A stretch of DNA of 52,838 nt from Chloroflexota bacterium. Its GTDB lineage: Bacteria; Chloroflexota; Dehalococcoidia; Lucifugimonadales; UBA3495. How positions within the stretch are numbered: the first letter of the stretch is position 1; each line of letters opens with the position of its first letter. This document shows positions 29,834-39,364 of the stretch, piece after piece. The stretch is from positions 1-52,838 of the forward strand of contig JAQBVF010000025.1 in NCBI GenBank assembly GCA_027623675.1, given 5' to 3'. A program made the position numbers and the translations under genes. Below the pieces are notes generated by a model, which did not search any database, was not told where the DNA came from, and was given only the letters and a program-made list of their open reading frames with translations.

Positions 29834-31114
29834 TCAGCTGACTTTACCGGGCCGGGTGCCCAATACCACGGGCAGTTCGTCGGTCGAGCCGTCTTGGTGG
29901 ATCACTTCCAACATGACCTCGTCGCCGGGTCTGGTGTTGTTGGTCAGATAAACGATCAGGTCGGTCATGTCTCTGATCTTCGACCCATTGATGCCGGTGA
30001 TGGTGTCGCCGCCAAGCGCGTATCTTATCCCGTTGACCGTCTCGGTCCGGTCGCTGCCGGTCAGGCCGGCTTCGAAGGCTGGGCTGTCGTCACTGACGCT
30101 GATCACCAATGCGCCCTGCGTGCCCTTGGGCAATTCCATCAATTGGGCGACATCCGGGCTGACGGGCGCGCCGGAGATGCCCAGCCAGGAATACTCATAC
30201 TTGCCGTCCGCGATGAGCGCGGGCACAACCTTCTTCGCGATGTTGATGGGCACCGCCAGGCCCACCCCGGCGTTGCCGCCGGAGCGGCTGAGGATCTGGG
30301 TGTTGATGCCCACCACCCGGCCCCGCCGGTCCAGCAGAGGGCCTCCCGAGTTGCCGGGGTTGATCGGGGCGTCGGTCTGGATCACCTCGGGGACGGTGAA
30401 CTGGCTGGAGCCGCTGCGCATGGTGCGTCCCACGGCGCTGACGATACCGCTGGTCATGGTGAAAGTTTGACCGAACGGCGCGCCGATTGCGATGGCAAGC
30501 TGCCCCACCTGGACTTCTCCGCTGTCTCCCAACTCGATGGGGGCTAGGCCTTTGATCGGTTCCTGCAATTCCAGGACGGCCAGGTCGGAATCGACGTCAC
30601 CGCCCAGCACCTTGGCCAGCACCTGGGTGCGGTCGGCGAAGACCACGGTCACGGTCTCGGCGCCTTCCACAACGTGTTGATTGGTCACGATCCGGCCTTT
30701 GTCGTCCCACACGAACCCGGAGCCCTCGCCCCGTTGGAGGAAATCTTCCGGCGGATTGACGAATGGACCGGTCCCTTCGTTGCCTTCCAGTCCCTGAATG
30801 ACCTGGATGTTAACCACCGCCGGCAGGGCCGTCTGGTAGATCCGGGCCATGACCGTCTCCTGAGCAGCGACGATCTCATCGGCAGTTAGCCTCTGCAGGA
30901 CGGGCGCCGCCTCGGACTCGGTCCCGCCGGCAGATCCGGTATCGCTGACCTGTGTGGTGTTTGCTGCTCCGGATGCCGCATCGGGAGCCTGAGTGGCGGC
31001 GCTCCCTCCGCAGGCGGCGAGGACAAATAGCAGCAGTCCTATCATTCCCGGCGCCAGCCAGTTCCTTAGATATTTCCTCCGTTGGTTATTTTCGCGCAAC
31101 TCGAAATGTTCCAT
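29834..31114 (-). CDS. HtrA/DegP-like trypsin serine protease with PDZ domain, lipoprotein
   Basis: Lipobox LAAC; GSGF, TNQHV, DLAVL, IQTDAPINPGNSGGPL; WLGI-type PDZ. Confidence 0.93.
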   Translation of the reverse strand: MEHFELRENNQRRKYLRNWLAPGMIGLLLFVLAACGGSAATQAPDAASGAANTTQVSDTGSAGGTESEAAPVLQRLTADEIVAAQETVMARIYQTALPAVVNIQVIQGLEGNEGTGPFVNPPEDFLQRGEGSGFVWDDKGRIVTNQHVVEGAETVTVVFADRTQVLAKVLGGDVDSDLAVLELQEPIKGLAPIELGDSGEVQVGQLAIAIGAPFGQTFTMTSGIVSAVGRTMRSGSSQFTVPEVIQTDAPINPGNSGGPLLDRRGRVVGINTQILSRSGGNAGVGLAVPINIAKKVVPALIADGKYEYSWLGISGAPVSPDVAQLMELPKGTQGALVISVSDDSPAFEAGLTGSDRTETVNGIRYALGGDTITGINGSKIRDMTDLIVYLTNNTRPGDEVMLEVIHQDGSTDELPVVLGTRPGKVS

Positions 31115-31201
31115 TGTTCAACCGGTCCAAGGTTATGATTTGCCGATGTCCAATATACGTAAAATACGTGATTGAATCACGCCCTGGATTCAGTTGAACG
31201 G

Positions 31202-31927
31202 TTAACCCGTCCGTTTCTTGCCCGTTTTCTCCTCGAACAACTGCCAGGTCAGGTCGTTGAATGGGTAATACTTGCCGGGCGAGCATTGTTCGACCTCAAG
31301 TTGTGCCTTGATGACCGCTTCCACTTCCTCGCGCTCGTGGGCGATGCGGATCACCTCGTCAACCGCGGCCGCGGGCACCACTACCGCGCCATCATCGTCG
31401 CCCACCACGGCGTCGCCAGGCCGCACCAGCACGCCGCCACATTGGATGGCGTCGTTCACCTGCCAGGGCCAGAACTCGGCGGGGCCCTGTTTGGCAGTGG
31501 TGTTGGCGGCATAAACCGGGAAGCCGTATCCCTTGAGGGTGTTGCTGTCACGGGCGGCGCCGTCGGTGACCAAGCCGCCGGCCTTCCGCTGCATCATGCG
31601 CAGGAATTTGATATCGCCGCCGATGGAACTGTACTCCCAGCCCATGGCATCGATAACCAGGACCTCCTCGGGGCCGCAGAGTTCGATGGCCACGTACTCG
31701 GCAGATTCGGCGCCCTTGGGCTTGTCCACCACTAGGTCGGGCCGGTGGGGCACGAACCGAAGGGTGACGGCGCGGCCGGCCATGTGCTGACCCGGCTGCA
31801 GGGGCTTGGCGCCGTGGATGAAGCTCATGGGCCAGCCCATCACCCAGAGGCCATCGATCAGGGTCTGGGTGGGAATCCCTCGGAGTACCTCCAGGGTTTC
31901 GCTGGAGATAGTTTTGACGTCGGGCAT
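31202..31927 (-). CDS. RraA/HMG-aldolase-like protein
   Basis: GRAVTLRFVP, VLVIDA, GLVTDGAARD, VRPGDAVVGDDDGAVVVP; aggag RBS before ATG 31927. Confidence 0.88.
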   Translation of the reverse strand: MPDVKTISSETLEVLRGIPTQTLIDGLWVMGWPMSFIHGAKPLQPGQHMAGRAVTLRFVPHRPDLVVDKPKGAESAEYVAIELCGPEEVLVIDAMGWEYSSIGGDIKFLRMMQRKAGGLVTDGAARDSNTLKGYGFPVYAANTTAKQGPAEFWPWQVNDAIQCGGVLVRPGDAVVGDDDGAVVVPAAAVDEVIRIAHEREEVEAVIKAQLEVEQCSPGKYYPFNDLTWQLFEEKTGKKRTG

Positions 31928-31973
31928 GTTCGCTCCTGTGAAATGGTCGATTTGTTGATTAGCCGAAGGAATC

Positions 31974-33104
31974 TTATCCGGCATCGCCGGCTATCTGGTC
32001 CAGGTGGTACTCGGTGTCGCCCAGGTTGGCCTCGGCGATCTTGGCCCTGGCCGAATAGAGCTGCATGTCATGTTCCATGGTGAACGAGATTCCGGCGAAC
32101 ACCGTGTGGCCGGTCTCAGTAGCCCGGCGGCTGAGGGCGCCCGCGTGGGCCTTGGCCATGGAAACCGCCTCGCCGGCGGGCATGCCCTGGTCCAGCATCC
32201 AGGCCGCCCGGTAGGTGAGCAACCGGCCGGCGTCCACCGCCACTTTCAAGTCGGCGCACCGGTGCTGGATGGCCTGGAACGTGCCGATGGGGCGGCCGAA
32301 TTGGAACCGGCTGCCGGCATATTCGATGGTCATCTCAAGCACTTTTTGCGCCCGGCCCAGGGTCTCGGCACACTGGAGTGCCGCCGCCTGCTGCACCGCC
32401 GCGTCCAACGCCGGCCTTCCCTCCGCGATCTCGCCGAGCACGGCGGCGGCCGACAGCGGAACGTCGTCGAATTCGACCAGGTACTGAGGATGATTGGCCA
32501 CGGACTCCATGCGGGACTTTGAGACCCCATCGGCGTTGGGGTCCACCAAAACCAGGGTGGTGTCCGGCGGCGCTCCGATGGCCGGCCGGGTGGCGCAGAC
32601 GATCTGGCTGGCGATGCCGGCGTGGGGGACAAACAGGCTTTCGCCGCTGAGAATCAGGCCCCTAGAGTTCTGGTCCGGGCTCTGGTTCGGACTTGAATCC
32701 GGGGCCGATGCGGTCTCCAGTTTATCGCCCCTGGCCAGCGTCAGGATCACGTCGCCGCTGACCACGCCGGGAAGCAGACTGTTTTTCTGGGCATCGCTTC
32801 CGGCCAGCCGCACCACCTGGGCTGCCAGCGCCGACGACGTGAGCAGCGGCCCTGGCAGAAGCGCCCGGCCAGTCTCTTCAAACAAGACAGCTTGGCTGGT
32901 GATGGAGCCGCCGGCGCCGCCGTACCGCTGGGGCAACGCGATGCCCAGCCAGCCCAAGCCCGCCATCTTCCGCCAGAGCTCGGGAACATGGCCTTCAGTG
33001 GAGTCTTCGGCCTGCCGGACCAGCGACGTTGGGCATTCGGCTTCCAGAAAGTCACGCGCGGTGCGGCGCAGCAATTCTTGTTCTTTTGTTAGGCCAAGGT
33101 CCAT
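31974..33104 (-). CDS. Acyl-CoA dehydrogenase, probable beta-type partner subunit
   Basis: LWRKMAGLGWLG, RFQFGRPIGTFQAIQHRCAD, GISFTMEHDMQLY. Confidence 0.9.
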   Translation of the reverse strand: MDLGLTKEQELLRRTARDFLEAECPTSLVRQAEDSTEGHVPELWRKMAGLGWLGIALPQRYGGAGGSITSQAVLFEETGRALLPGPLLTSSALAAQVVRLAGSDAQKNSLLPGVVSGDVILTLARGDKLETASAPDSSPNQSPDQNSRGLILSGESLFVPHAGIASQIVCATRPAIGAPPDTTLVLVDPNADGVSKSRMESVANHPQYLVEFDDVPLSAAAVLGEIAEGRPALDAAVQQAAALQCAETLGRAQKVLEMTIEYAGSRFQFGRPIGTFQAIQHRCADLKVAVDAGRLLTYRAAWMLDQGMPAGEAVSMAKAHAGALSRRATETGHTVFAGISFTMEHDMQLYSARAKIAEANLGDTEYHLDQIAGDAG

Positions 33105-33140
33105 CAGGTAATCCTAAATCTTGTACGGGGCGCGGGCCCT

Positions 33141-34310
33141 TTAGCGGGGCATGCCAAGGCCGCGCTGAGCGATGATATTGCGGTGGACCTCGGTGGTGCC
33201 GGCGCCGTGCAGGTGCATCGCCTCCCGGTGGATGCCCTCGATGTTTCCCAGGAGCGGGACCAGCGGGGAGCCGTGGCGCAGGGTGGCGTAGGGGCCAAGG
33301 ACCTCCATGGCCATCTCGGCGAACCGCAGGCGTTCTTCGCTGCCGAATAGAAAAGCAACCGAAGCCTCGGCGTTGGGCACCGCCCCCGAACTCTGCATCC
33401 AGGCCACGTTCCAGCAGAGCAGCTTCCAGGTCTCCAGACCCAGCTTGCGTTGGGCCAGTTGGTGGCGCACCAGGGGATGTTCCGCCAAGGGGCGTCCGCC
33501 GTCCGGAGCCGGGTTCTGGCAGAATTCGTAGAAGTCGTCGAATACCCGCCGCACCGATGCGTACCGGCCCAGTCCGGACCGTTCGTGATCCAGGGTGGTC
33601 ATGGCATGGTACCAGCCCCGGTTCTCTTCGCCGATGAGGCATGAAACCGGCAAGCGGACGTTGTCGAAGAACGTTTGGGCGGCCATCTCGCCGTTGATAT
33701 AGGGCAGGGCGTGCAGGCTGATGCCCGGAGTCTTGAGATCGGCGATGAATAGGCTGATGCCCCGGTGTTTCTCGGCCCGGGGGTCGGTGCGCGCCAACAG
33801 ATACATGTAGTCGGCGTGATAGGCGTAACTGGTGAACATCTTAGAGCCGTTCAGCACGTATTCGCCGCCGTCCCGTTCCGCACGAAGCTCCAACGAAGCC
33901 AAGTCCGACCCGGCATTTGGCTCGCTGAATCCCTGGCAGTATTCGACCTCGCCCCTGGCTATGGGCGGCAGGTAACGGTCCTTCTGTTCCTGGGTGCCGA
34001 ATACCATGACCGCCGGGCCGACGATGCCCAGGCCGATGAAGCCGCTCTTGGGGACCCGCCAATAGCCCAGGTCCTCGGCCAAGATGCTCTGCTCGATGGG
34101 GCCCTTGCCACCGCCGCCGTGCTCCGCGGGCCAGCCCACGGCCAGCCAGTCGCGGGCCGCCAGTTTTCGATTTATCTCGCGGCCAAACTGGTATTGGTCC
34201 TCGGTAAATAGGCCGAAGACCTCCTGCTTATCCAGCGGGACTTCCGCATCCAAGAAATCGCGGAGTTCATCTCTGAACCGTGTCTGTTCCGGGGTGAAAT
34301 CAAAGTCCAT
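33141..34310 (-). CDS. Acyl-CoA dehydrogenase, alpha-type subunit
   Basis: CQGFSEPNAGSDLASL, NGSKMFTS, KHRGIS, GEENRGW, GTTEVHRNIIAQRGLGMPR. Confidence 0.93.
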   Translation of the reverse strand: MDFDFTPEQTRFRDELRDFLDAEVPLDKQEVFGLFTEDQYQFGREINRKLAARDWLAVGWPAEHGGGGKGPIEQSILAEDLGYWRVPKSGFIGLGIVGPAVMVFGTQEQKDRYLPPIARGEVEYCQGFSEPNAGSDLASLELRAERDGGEYVLNGSKMFTSYAYHADYMYLLARTDPRAEKHRGISLFIADLKTPGISLHALPYINGEMAAQTFFDNVRLPVSCLIGEENRGWYHAMTTLDHERSGLGRYASVRRVFDDFYEFCQNPAPDGGRPLAEHPLVRHQLAQRKLGLETWKLLCWNVAWMQSSGAVPNAEASVAFLFGSEERLRFAEMAMEVLGPYATLRHGSPLVPLLGNIEGIHREAMHLHGAGTTEVHRNIIAQRGLGMPR

Positions 34311-34358
34311 GTTTGTTCCGTTAGTGTGCGGGTCGATCAGACGCTTAGTACCGGCTAA

Positions 34359-35375
34359 TTATAGCTGCGTACCGTCCTGATCGGACGGGGCGCAGGCGCG
34401 GATAACCTCAATTGACTGCTCTTTGGCGCCCTCGCCCATGAACCGGGGCGATACGATGGGCAGGGTTATACCCGCCTTGCGGTAGTCAGATAGCCGCTGC
34501 CGGACCACATCCACCGTGCCCACCAGGCCGATCTTGTCGATAAGACCGGTGGGCACCAGGTCCAGGGCTTCTTGGGTGCGGCCCTGCTGCCAGGCCACCC
34601 GCACGTTCTCGATCTCTTCCGGGAACCCGGCGTCAACCATCAGCTTCCGGTATCTGGGAAAGCGGCCGGCGTAAGATGCGATCGGTTGGCGCATCAGGTC
34701 CCTGGCGGCATCGGGGTTGGCCGACACGGCGCAGGGCAGCAGGCTGGCCACCTCCACGTCGTCCGGCGACCGGCCGGCGTTGCGGGCGCCGATTGCGACA
34801 TGCTCCGCCGCGGTCTCCGCGTGGCCCAGGGTACACCAGGTGAGGATGGCGCCCTGGGCGATCTCGCCGCAGATCTCCAACATCTTGGGGAACACGGCGG
34901 CGGCGAAGATGGATATCTCCTTGCGCAGGGGCTGGAACCAAAGGTCAAAGCGGTCGATGTCGTAGATCTCGCCGTGGTAGTTGATGTCGGAGTCTTTCAA
35001 GATGCCCCGGACGATATCCACGCATTCCCGCAGGCGCTGCACGGGCCGGGTGAACTCCAAGCCATGTTCCGGCTCGACTTGCACCTTATGGCTGGTGCCC
35101 AGGCCCAGAGTGAACCGCCCGTTGGAGAAATAGTCCACCGACGCCGCCGCCATGGCGATGGTGGGGGCCGTCCGGACGAATACGCTGGTGATGCTGGTGC
35201 CCAGTTTGATGGTATGGGTGGCCACCGCGCAGGCGGTTAGGATGGAGAACTGGTCGCCACCGTGCCCCTCCGCCACCCAGGCCGATTCGTAGCCCAGTTC
35301 TTCGGCCAGTTTGACGCACTCGACGATATCTTGGGGGGACATCCCCCCGGAGAACCCTACTCCCACGCGCTCCAT
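34359..35375 (-). CDS. LLM-class (probably F420-dependent) oxidoreductase
   Basis: AEELGYESAWVAE, IKLGTSI, SNGRFTLGLGTSH, PKMLEICGEIA; ggagg RBS before ATG 35375. Confidence 0.88.
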   Translation of the reverse strand: MERVGVGFSGGMSPQDIVECVKLAEELGYESAWVAEGHGGDQFSILTACAVATHTIKLGTSITSVFVRTAPTIAMAAASVDYFSNGRFTLGLGTSHKVQVEPEHGLEFTRPVQRLRECVDIVRGILKDSDINYHGEIYDIDRFDLWFQPLRKEISIFAAAVFPKMLEICGEIAQGAILTWCTLGHAETAAEHVAIGARNAGRSPDDVEVASLLPCAVSANPDAARDLMRQPIASYAGRFPRYRKLMVDAGFPEEIENVRVAWQQGRTQEALDLVPTGLIDKIGLVGTVDVVRQRLSDYRKAGITLPIVSPRFMGEGAKEQSIEVIRACAPSDQDGTQL

Positions 35376-35447
35376 ATCGTGTCCTCCCAGCGGCGGATCC
35401 TTGGCGGCCCCCGGCGATTTTTCAACATCTTCGCCGTTTGAGGGACT

Positions 35448-36740
35448 ATGATATGCCATGCCGTCAACGCTTCCCAACAGGAATCATTTCACGGTGACCA
35501 TACCCACCCCAAATTGAGCGCCCAGGCCCCCGCCACATACAGCAATTACCGCTGGACAGTCATCGGGATGTGGCTGTTCTCGAGCGTGTCTTCTTTCATG
35601 GTCCTGAACACGCTCGGTATTCTGCTGCCTGCGATCAGCGCCGACCTCGATCTTTCACCCAGCGAGCAAGGGCTGCTGGGCTCGGCATCCCACTGGGGCA
35701 ACATCGCCCTGGCCATCCCCCTCAGTTGGGCCACGTCGCGGCTAAACCCAAAGTGGCTCACCGCCGGGTCCCTAACACTGGCGACGCTCTGCCTATTCCT
35801 GCAGAGTTGGGCGCCGGTGTTCTTCTTGCTATTGTTGGGCCGGCTGATGTTCGGAATCAGCAACATCGCCCAACAGCCGGCCCGGGCGCTCCTGACCCGG
35901 CAGTGGTTCCCGGCCAGGGAAGTGATCATCGTCAATGGCCTGTCCAACGTTTTCTTCGGTCTGGTGGTGGGCGGCGGACTTGCCCTGGCCCCAGTGGTCC
36001 TGGGCTTCCTGGACGGCGATTGGCGGATGACACTGCGCATCTTCGGCCTGTACTTCGCCGGAATCACCGTGCTGTGGGTGGTTCTGGGCAAAACGCGGAC
36101 CAGCGATGCCGACGGCAACACCCCCGCGCCCCAAGGGTTGAACGTCATCAAAGGGGCCTTGCGGCACCGCGACCTGTGGCTCGGCGGGCTGGGGTTTGTC
36201 GGCGCGACCATGTCCTTCGGCGCGTTCTTGGCCTTCTACCCCACGTTGATGCTGGAGGAGTTCGACATCTCCCTGCGGCTCTCCGGCGGCATCCTGGCGC
36301 TGGGGGTGGTCGTGGGCGGAGTGCTGGGCCTGGGCGTGGGCTGGGCGGCGTCGACCAGCGGGCGTGAGGGCAATTTCCTGCAGGCGTTGGGCGTGCTGAT
36401 GATCGGCACCAACCTAGCCATGATCATTACGGGCAATGTGCCGGTCCTGTTCTTGATGTCCTTATTGAACGGAGTGGCCTGGGCCTTCTTCCCCATACTG
36501 GTGACGGTGCCGTTCAATATCCCGGGGATCAGGCCACGGGAGTTGGCGGTGGCATTCGCCTTCACCATGATGATGACGTCGGTGGGGACATCCCTGGGTC
36601 CACTGATCACCGGACTGATTCAGGAAGCCTTCGGCGACCTGCAACTGGCCCTGTTCGTGATCAGCTTCACATCGGTCAGCCTGATCATCGCCGGCAACAC
36701 CCTCAGGTTCGGTTCGCAGCGGGAAGTAGCCGTCGGGTAA
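35448..36740 (+). CDS. MFS transporter
   Basis: About 12 hydrophobic segments, LLLGRLMFG, QWFPARE; start uncertain. Confidence 0.85.
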   Translation: MICHAVNASQQESFHGDHTHPKLSAQAPATYSNYRWTVIGMWLFSSVSSFMVLNTLGILLPAISADLDLSPSEQGLLGSASHWGNIALAIPLSWATSRLNPKWLTAGSLTLATLCLFLQSWAPVFFLLLLGRLMFGISNIAQQPARALLTRQWFPAREVIIVNGLSNVFFGLVVGGGLALAPVVLGFLDGDWRMTLRIFGLYFAGITVLWVVLGKTRTSDADGNTPAPQGLNVIKGALRHRDLWLGGLGFVGATMSFGAFLAFYPTLMLEEFDISLRLSGGILALGVVVGGVLGLGVGWAASTSGREGNFLQALGVLMIGTNLAMIITGNVPVLFLMSLLNGVAWAFFPILVTVPFNIPGIRPRELAVAFAFTMMMTSVGTSLGPLITGLIQEAFGDLQLALFVISFTSVSLIIAGNTLRFGSQREVAVG

Positions 36741-36887
36741 GGACGAGCCCATCCTTCCCGGCTAGGCAAAATTCCACAAGTCTTTTTATGGCCCAAGTCC
36801 CCTTTGTGAAAAGGGGCTGTTGCGAAACTCCATTAAGAACAGAGTCTCCATGCTAGACTCTCCGCATCCTATTGAACGGGGTGCGTC

Positions 36888-37487
36888 ATGGTCAAATGCT
36901 CAGAATGTGGATTGTTGGGATTCAGGAACTTCCGGACGCTACAGATTGACGAGGCTATTGAGTCGATTCGGAGTGGTGGGCCATTTCCTCTTGACCTTGC
37001 CAGAACTGGATACAATCTACATGACCGTGTACCGATTTGCGTTCAAGGTGCGTTCCCGCTTCTCCGAGAAACGATGGAAGCGATTATGGAGCGAGGAGTT
37101 TCCGTATTGGATGCCGTTGCCGAGGGCCGCAATCCTGGGTTACCAGATGTTATGGCCGTTATTGGGAAAGAACGTTCCTGCACGGAATTCACTGAATGGC
37201 AACAGGGGTCATCTCCCAAGGAGCACCGGGAGATGATGGACAGGAAGTGGATGGAAGAAAGGGAGGAACGCCGTGACGAGGCAGCACGGAACTGGCAGAG
37301 AGATGAAAGTAGGTCGAATAGGAAATTTCGAATCGCCGAATTTGTGGTGGCCGTGGTAGGTGTGGTGGTTCTGGTAATGGCTGTTTTAATTGGGCGTAAT
37401 CAGACGGAGGTTCGAATCATTACACCAGACACAGTCTCGGGGGTAGAAAGTGAGGTAGATAGTGATGCTAAACCGAGCACCGAATAA
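36888..37487 (+). CDS. Hypothetical IS passenger protein (N-terminal CxxC, charged helix, single C-terminal TM)
   Basis: 199-aa ORF inside the TIRs; MVKCSECG, E/R-rich stretch, FVVAVVGVVVLVMAVLIG. Confidence 0.7.
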   Translation: MVKCSECGLLGFRNFRTLQIDEAIESIRSGGPFPLDLARTGYNLHDRVPICVQGAFPLLRETMEAIMERGVSVLDAVAEGRNPGLPDVMAVIGKERSCTEFTEWQQGSSPKEHREMMDRKWMEEREERRDEAARNWQRDESRSNRKFRIAEFVVAVVGVVVLVMAVLIGRNQTEVRIITPDTVSGVESEVDSDAKPSTE

Positions 37488-38377
37488 TACCGTCGTGACC
37501 CAACAGCAACGCGGCCAACGCCCAAGCCATCAATACCAAGATGGAACCGAGACAATGAACCGTGGCTTTCGCCAACCCTTTCATGGTGAGGCGGTTCCGG
37601 CGATGGTCTTTGGCTCGACCAAAGATGCGCTCGATGCCGGAACGCTTGGAGTAAAGAGGGCCGGTGGCAATCTTCAACTTACGGGTGGGATGCTGTTTGA
37701 TGACAGCGATTGCATTGTATCCTTCCACGGTATCCTTCCACGATTTGGCGATTAGCAGCGGAGTCATAGCCAGCATCGGCCAGGACGTGAGTAGGCGGAG
37801 TGGTCAGGCATTCAAGGGATGGGCCAACTTGGTGCATGTCGGATTCGTTGGCGGGGGTGACGTAAGCACCAAGAGGGATTTCGTGAGTAGCGTCACTTAC
37901 CAGATGGACTTTGTATCCGTACCACCACTTTATTCTTCCATTGCTGCCCTTTTTGCGACTGGACTGCGCGTCGGGATCAGTCCGCCGATAAGACGACCAA
38001 GCTTTGATGTCGCTGGAGTCGATAGCTACCACGTCGCCGATGTCAGGCACCAATTCCCGCAGGTGGGTGGCTACAATCGCCATTACCTGAGCTATGATGT
38101 CAGTGTCCTTGAGGCGGGCAATAAACCGACAAATGGCGTATTTGGTTGGAGTGCCGCCGATAATGTCAGCCAATGCGGAGTCATCATTGATGAGACGGAG
38201 ACCAGCGGAGATAGAGGAACTATTGAGGACGAATGTAGCCAGATAGGCCCGGAACAGAACTTCGGGGCCATAACCGGGACGGCCAGTCGGAGCTTTCAAT
38301 GCCTTGAGCATGTCAGCAGGAAGCGAAGTGAAAATCGCTTCCAGCCGTTTAACGATGCTAAAATAGGCGTTGCTCAA
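37468..38377 (-). pseudogene. DDE transposase frameshifted by a 13-bp tandem duplication
   Basis: GRPGY N-domain, AIDSS, GYKVHL, LADAGYDS in one frame and YSKRSGIERIFGRAK (Y-2-R-3-E-6-K) in another; removing one gtatccttccacg copy (37717-37742) gives one 299-codon frame. Confidence 0.9.
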
Positions 38378-38452
38378 GGTAGCCCCTTGGGTGCTGGGTG
38401 CCCTCTCTCGCCTGCAAAGTTCGGGAGAGCACCCTTATTAGTATATACGAAT

Positions 38453-38499
38453 AGTATATCTCTAAAAGGGTTGACCTGTCAATACCAATGGTATATATT
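38453..38499. promoter_or_regulatory. Back-to-back sigma70-like promoters sharing a -35 palindrome
   Basis: Plus strand TTGACC(38471)-17-TATATT(38494); minus strand TTGACA(38482)-18-TATACT(38458); palindromes ttgacctgtcaa and ataccaatggtat. Confidence 0.7.
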
Positions 38500-38526
38500 A
38501 TCAGTAACTGCTAATTGGAGTTACTG

Positions 38527-38694
38527 TTGGAACAATCCGCAAAACCTCTCGGTAAAGTTGCCCTGGAAGGATACCGTTGCCGCTGCGGCCACGAATGGCT
38601 CAAACGCGGCGCAAACGAGCCTAGGGTATGCCCAAAATGTAAGAGCCCAAATTGGGATAGACCGAAGTTGGTGCGCAAGGCGGACGCAGGTTAA
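38527..38694 (+). CDS. 55-aa Zn-ribbon microprotein (absent from the ORF track)
   Basis: Manual translation MEQSAKPLGKVALEGYRCRCGHEWLKRGANEPRVCPKCKSPNWDRPKLVRKADAG; ggag RBS and promoter directly upstream. Confidence 0.8.
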   Translation: MEQSAKPLGKVALEGYRCRCGHEWLKRGANEPRVCPKCKSPNWDRPKLVRKADAG

Positions 38695-38749
38695 CCAGTG
38701 GTACAATGTAGATAACCCTCTCCAACAACGGAGTGGCAGACGGGTGGTT

Positions 38750-38833
38750 TGGTCCCCTGGGTGGGATTCGAACCCACACGGCCTAGGCCAGGGTGGTGAT
38801 AGCACCCTGCGTCTTCCATTTCGCCACCAGGGG
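38750..38833 (-). tRNA. 84-nt class II tRNA with tRNA-Leu body and ATC anticodon
   Basis: CCCCTGG-TG-GCG-AAATGGAAGA-CGC-A-GGGTG-CTATCAC-CACCC-TGGCCTAGGCCGT-GTGGG-TTCGAAT-CCCAC-CCAGGGG-A-CCA; all stems Watson-Crick; encoded CCA. Confidence 0.85.
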
Positions 38834-38847
38834 ACGGGTTATAGAAA

Positions 38848-38890
38848 ACGGCGCATCGGAATTTGCCTGCAAGCGTTTCCGATGCGCCGT
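38848..38890 (-). terminator. Long hairpin between the wHTH-like gene and the tRNA
   Basis: acggcgcatcggaa / ttccgatgcgccgt 14-bp arms, followed by TTTT on the minus strand. Confidence 0.65.
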
Positions 38891-38896
38891 GTTTGT

Positions 38897-39364
38897 TTAC
38901 CCTATAGGCACTCCTTCATGCATAGGTCCTACGTCCTCATGGATGATAATCCGCCGTCGATAGAGCCCTCGGCCCATCCTCTCGATATTCCCTCGTTCAA
39001 TTTCCCGGCTGAGGGCAGCAGCGACCAGCTTGCCGACCGTCAATGGGTCTCTGTCGGGAAACAGAGTGGCTCTGACGCTGTCCCTAACCGTGTTGAACCT
39101 GATCACGCCCTTAGCCGGAATAATCTCACGGACTACATCAGGGACGGTGCGAGTTTCTCCAGCGCCCGAGCCCCGTTGGCCGGTAGTATCATCCTCGATT
39201 ATGGGTACCGGAAGTGGATACTGGGCGTTTCTGGTCTCCTCTTCAAGCAACGCCTTAGCATGGGAAATCAGGGACTGGAGATGTTGAAGGCGGAGTGTAA
39301 TGCTTCGAATTTCCGCATCATATTGAGCAACGCGGTCTTGAAGCTCCTCATTGAAAGCCATCAT
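38897..39364 (-). CDS. Hypothetical IS passenger: N-terminal coiled coil plus winged-helix-like domain
   Basis: Heptad-like LQDRVAQYDAEIRSITLRLQHLQSL; C-terminal VAAALSREIERGNIERMGRGLY wing-like motif; gagg RBS. Confidence 0.7.
   Translation of the reverse strand: MMAFNEELQDRVAQYDAEIRSITLRLQHLQSLISHAKALLEEETRNAQYPLPVPIIEDDTTGQRGSGAGETRTVPDVVREIIPAKGVIRFNTVRDSVRATLFPDRDPLTVGKLVAAALSREIERGNIERMGRGLYRRRIIIHEDVGPMHEGVPIG

Noticed and set aside
38750..38833. Reading the odd tRNA as tRNA-Sec, a UGA suppressor or an allo-tRNA
   Set aside because: TCA is off-centre in the 7-nt loop, and the fold is canonical 7/5 with a Leu-type D arm, not 8/5, 8/4 or 9/3.
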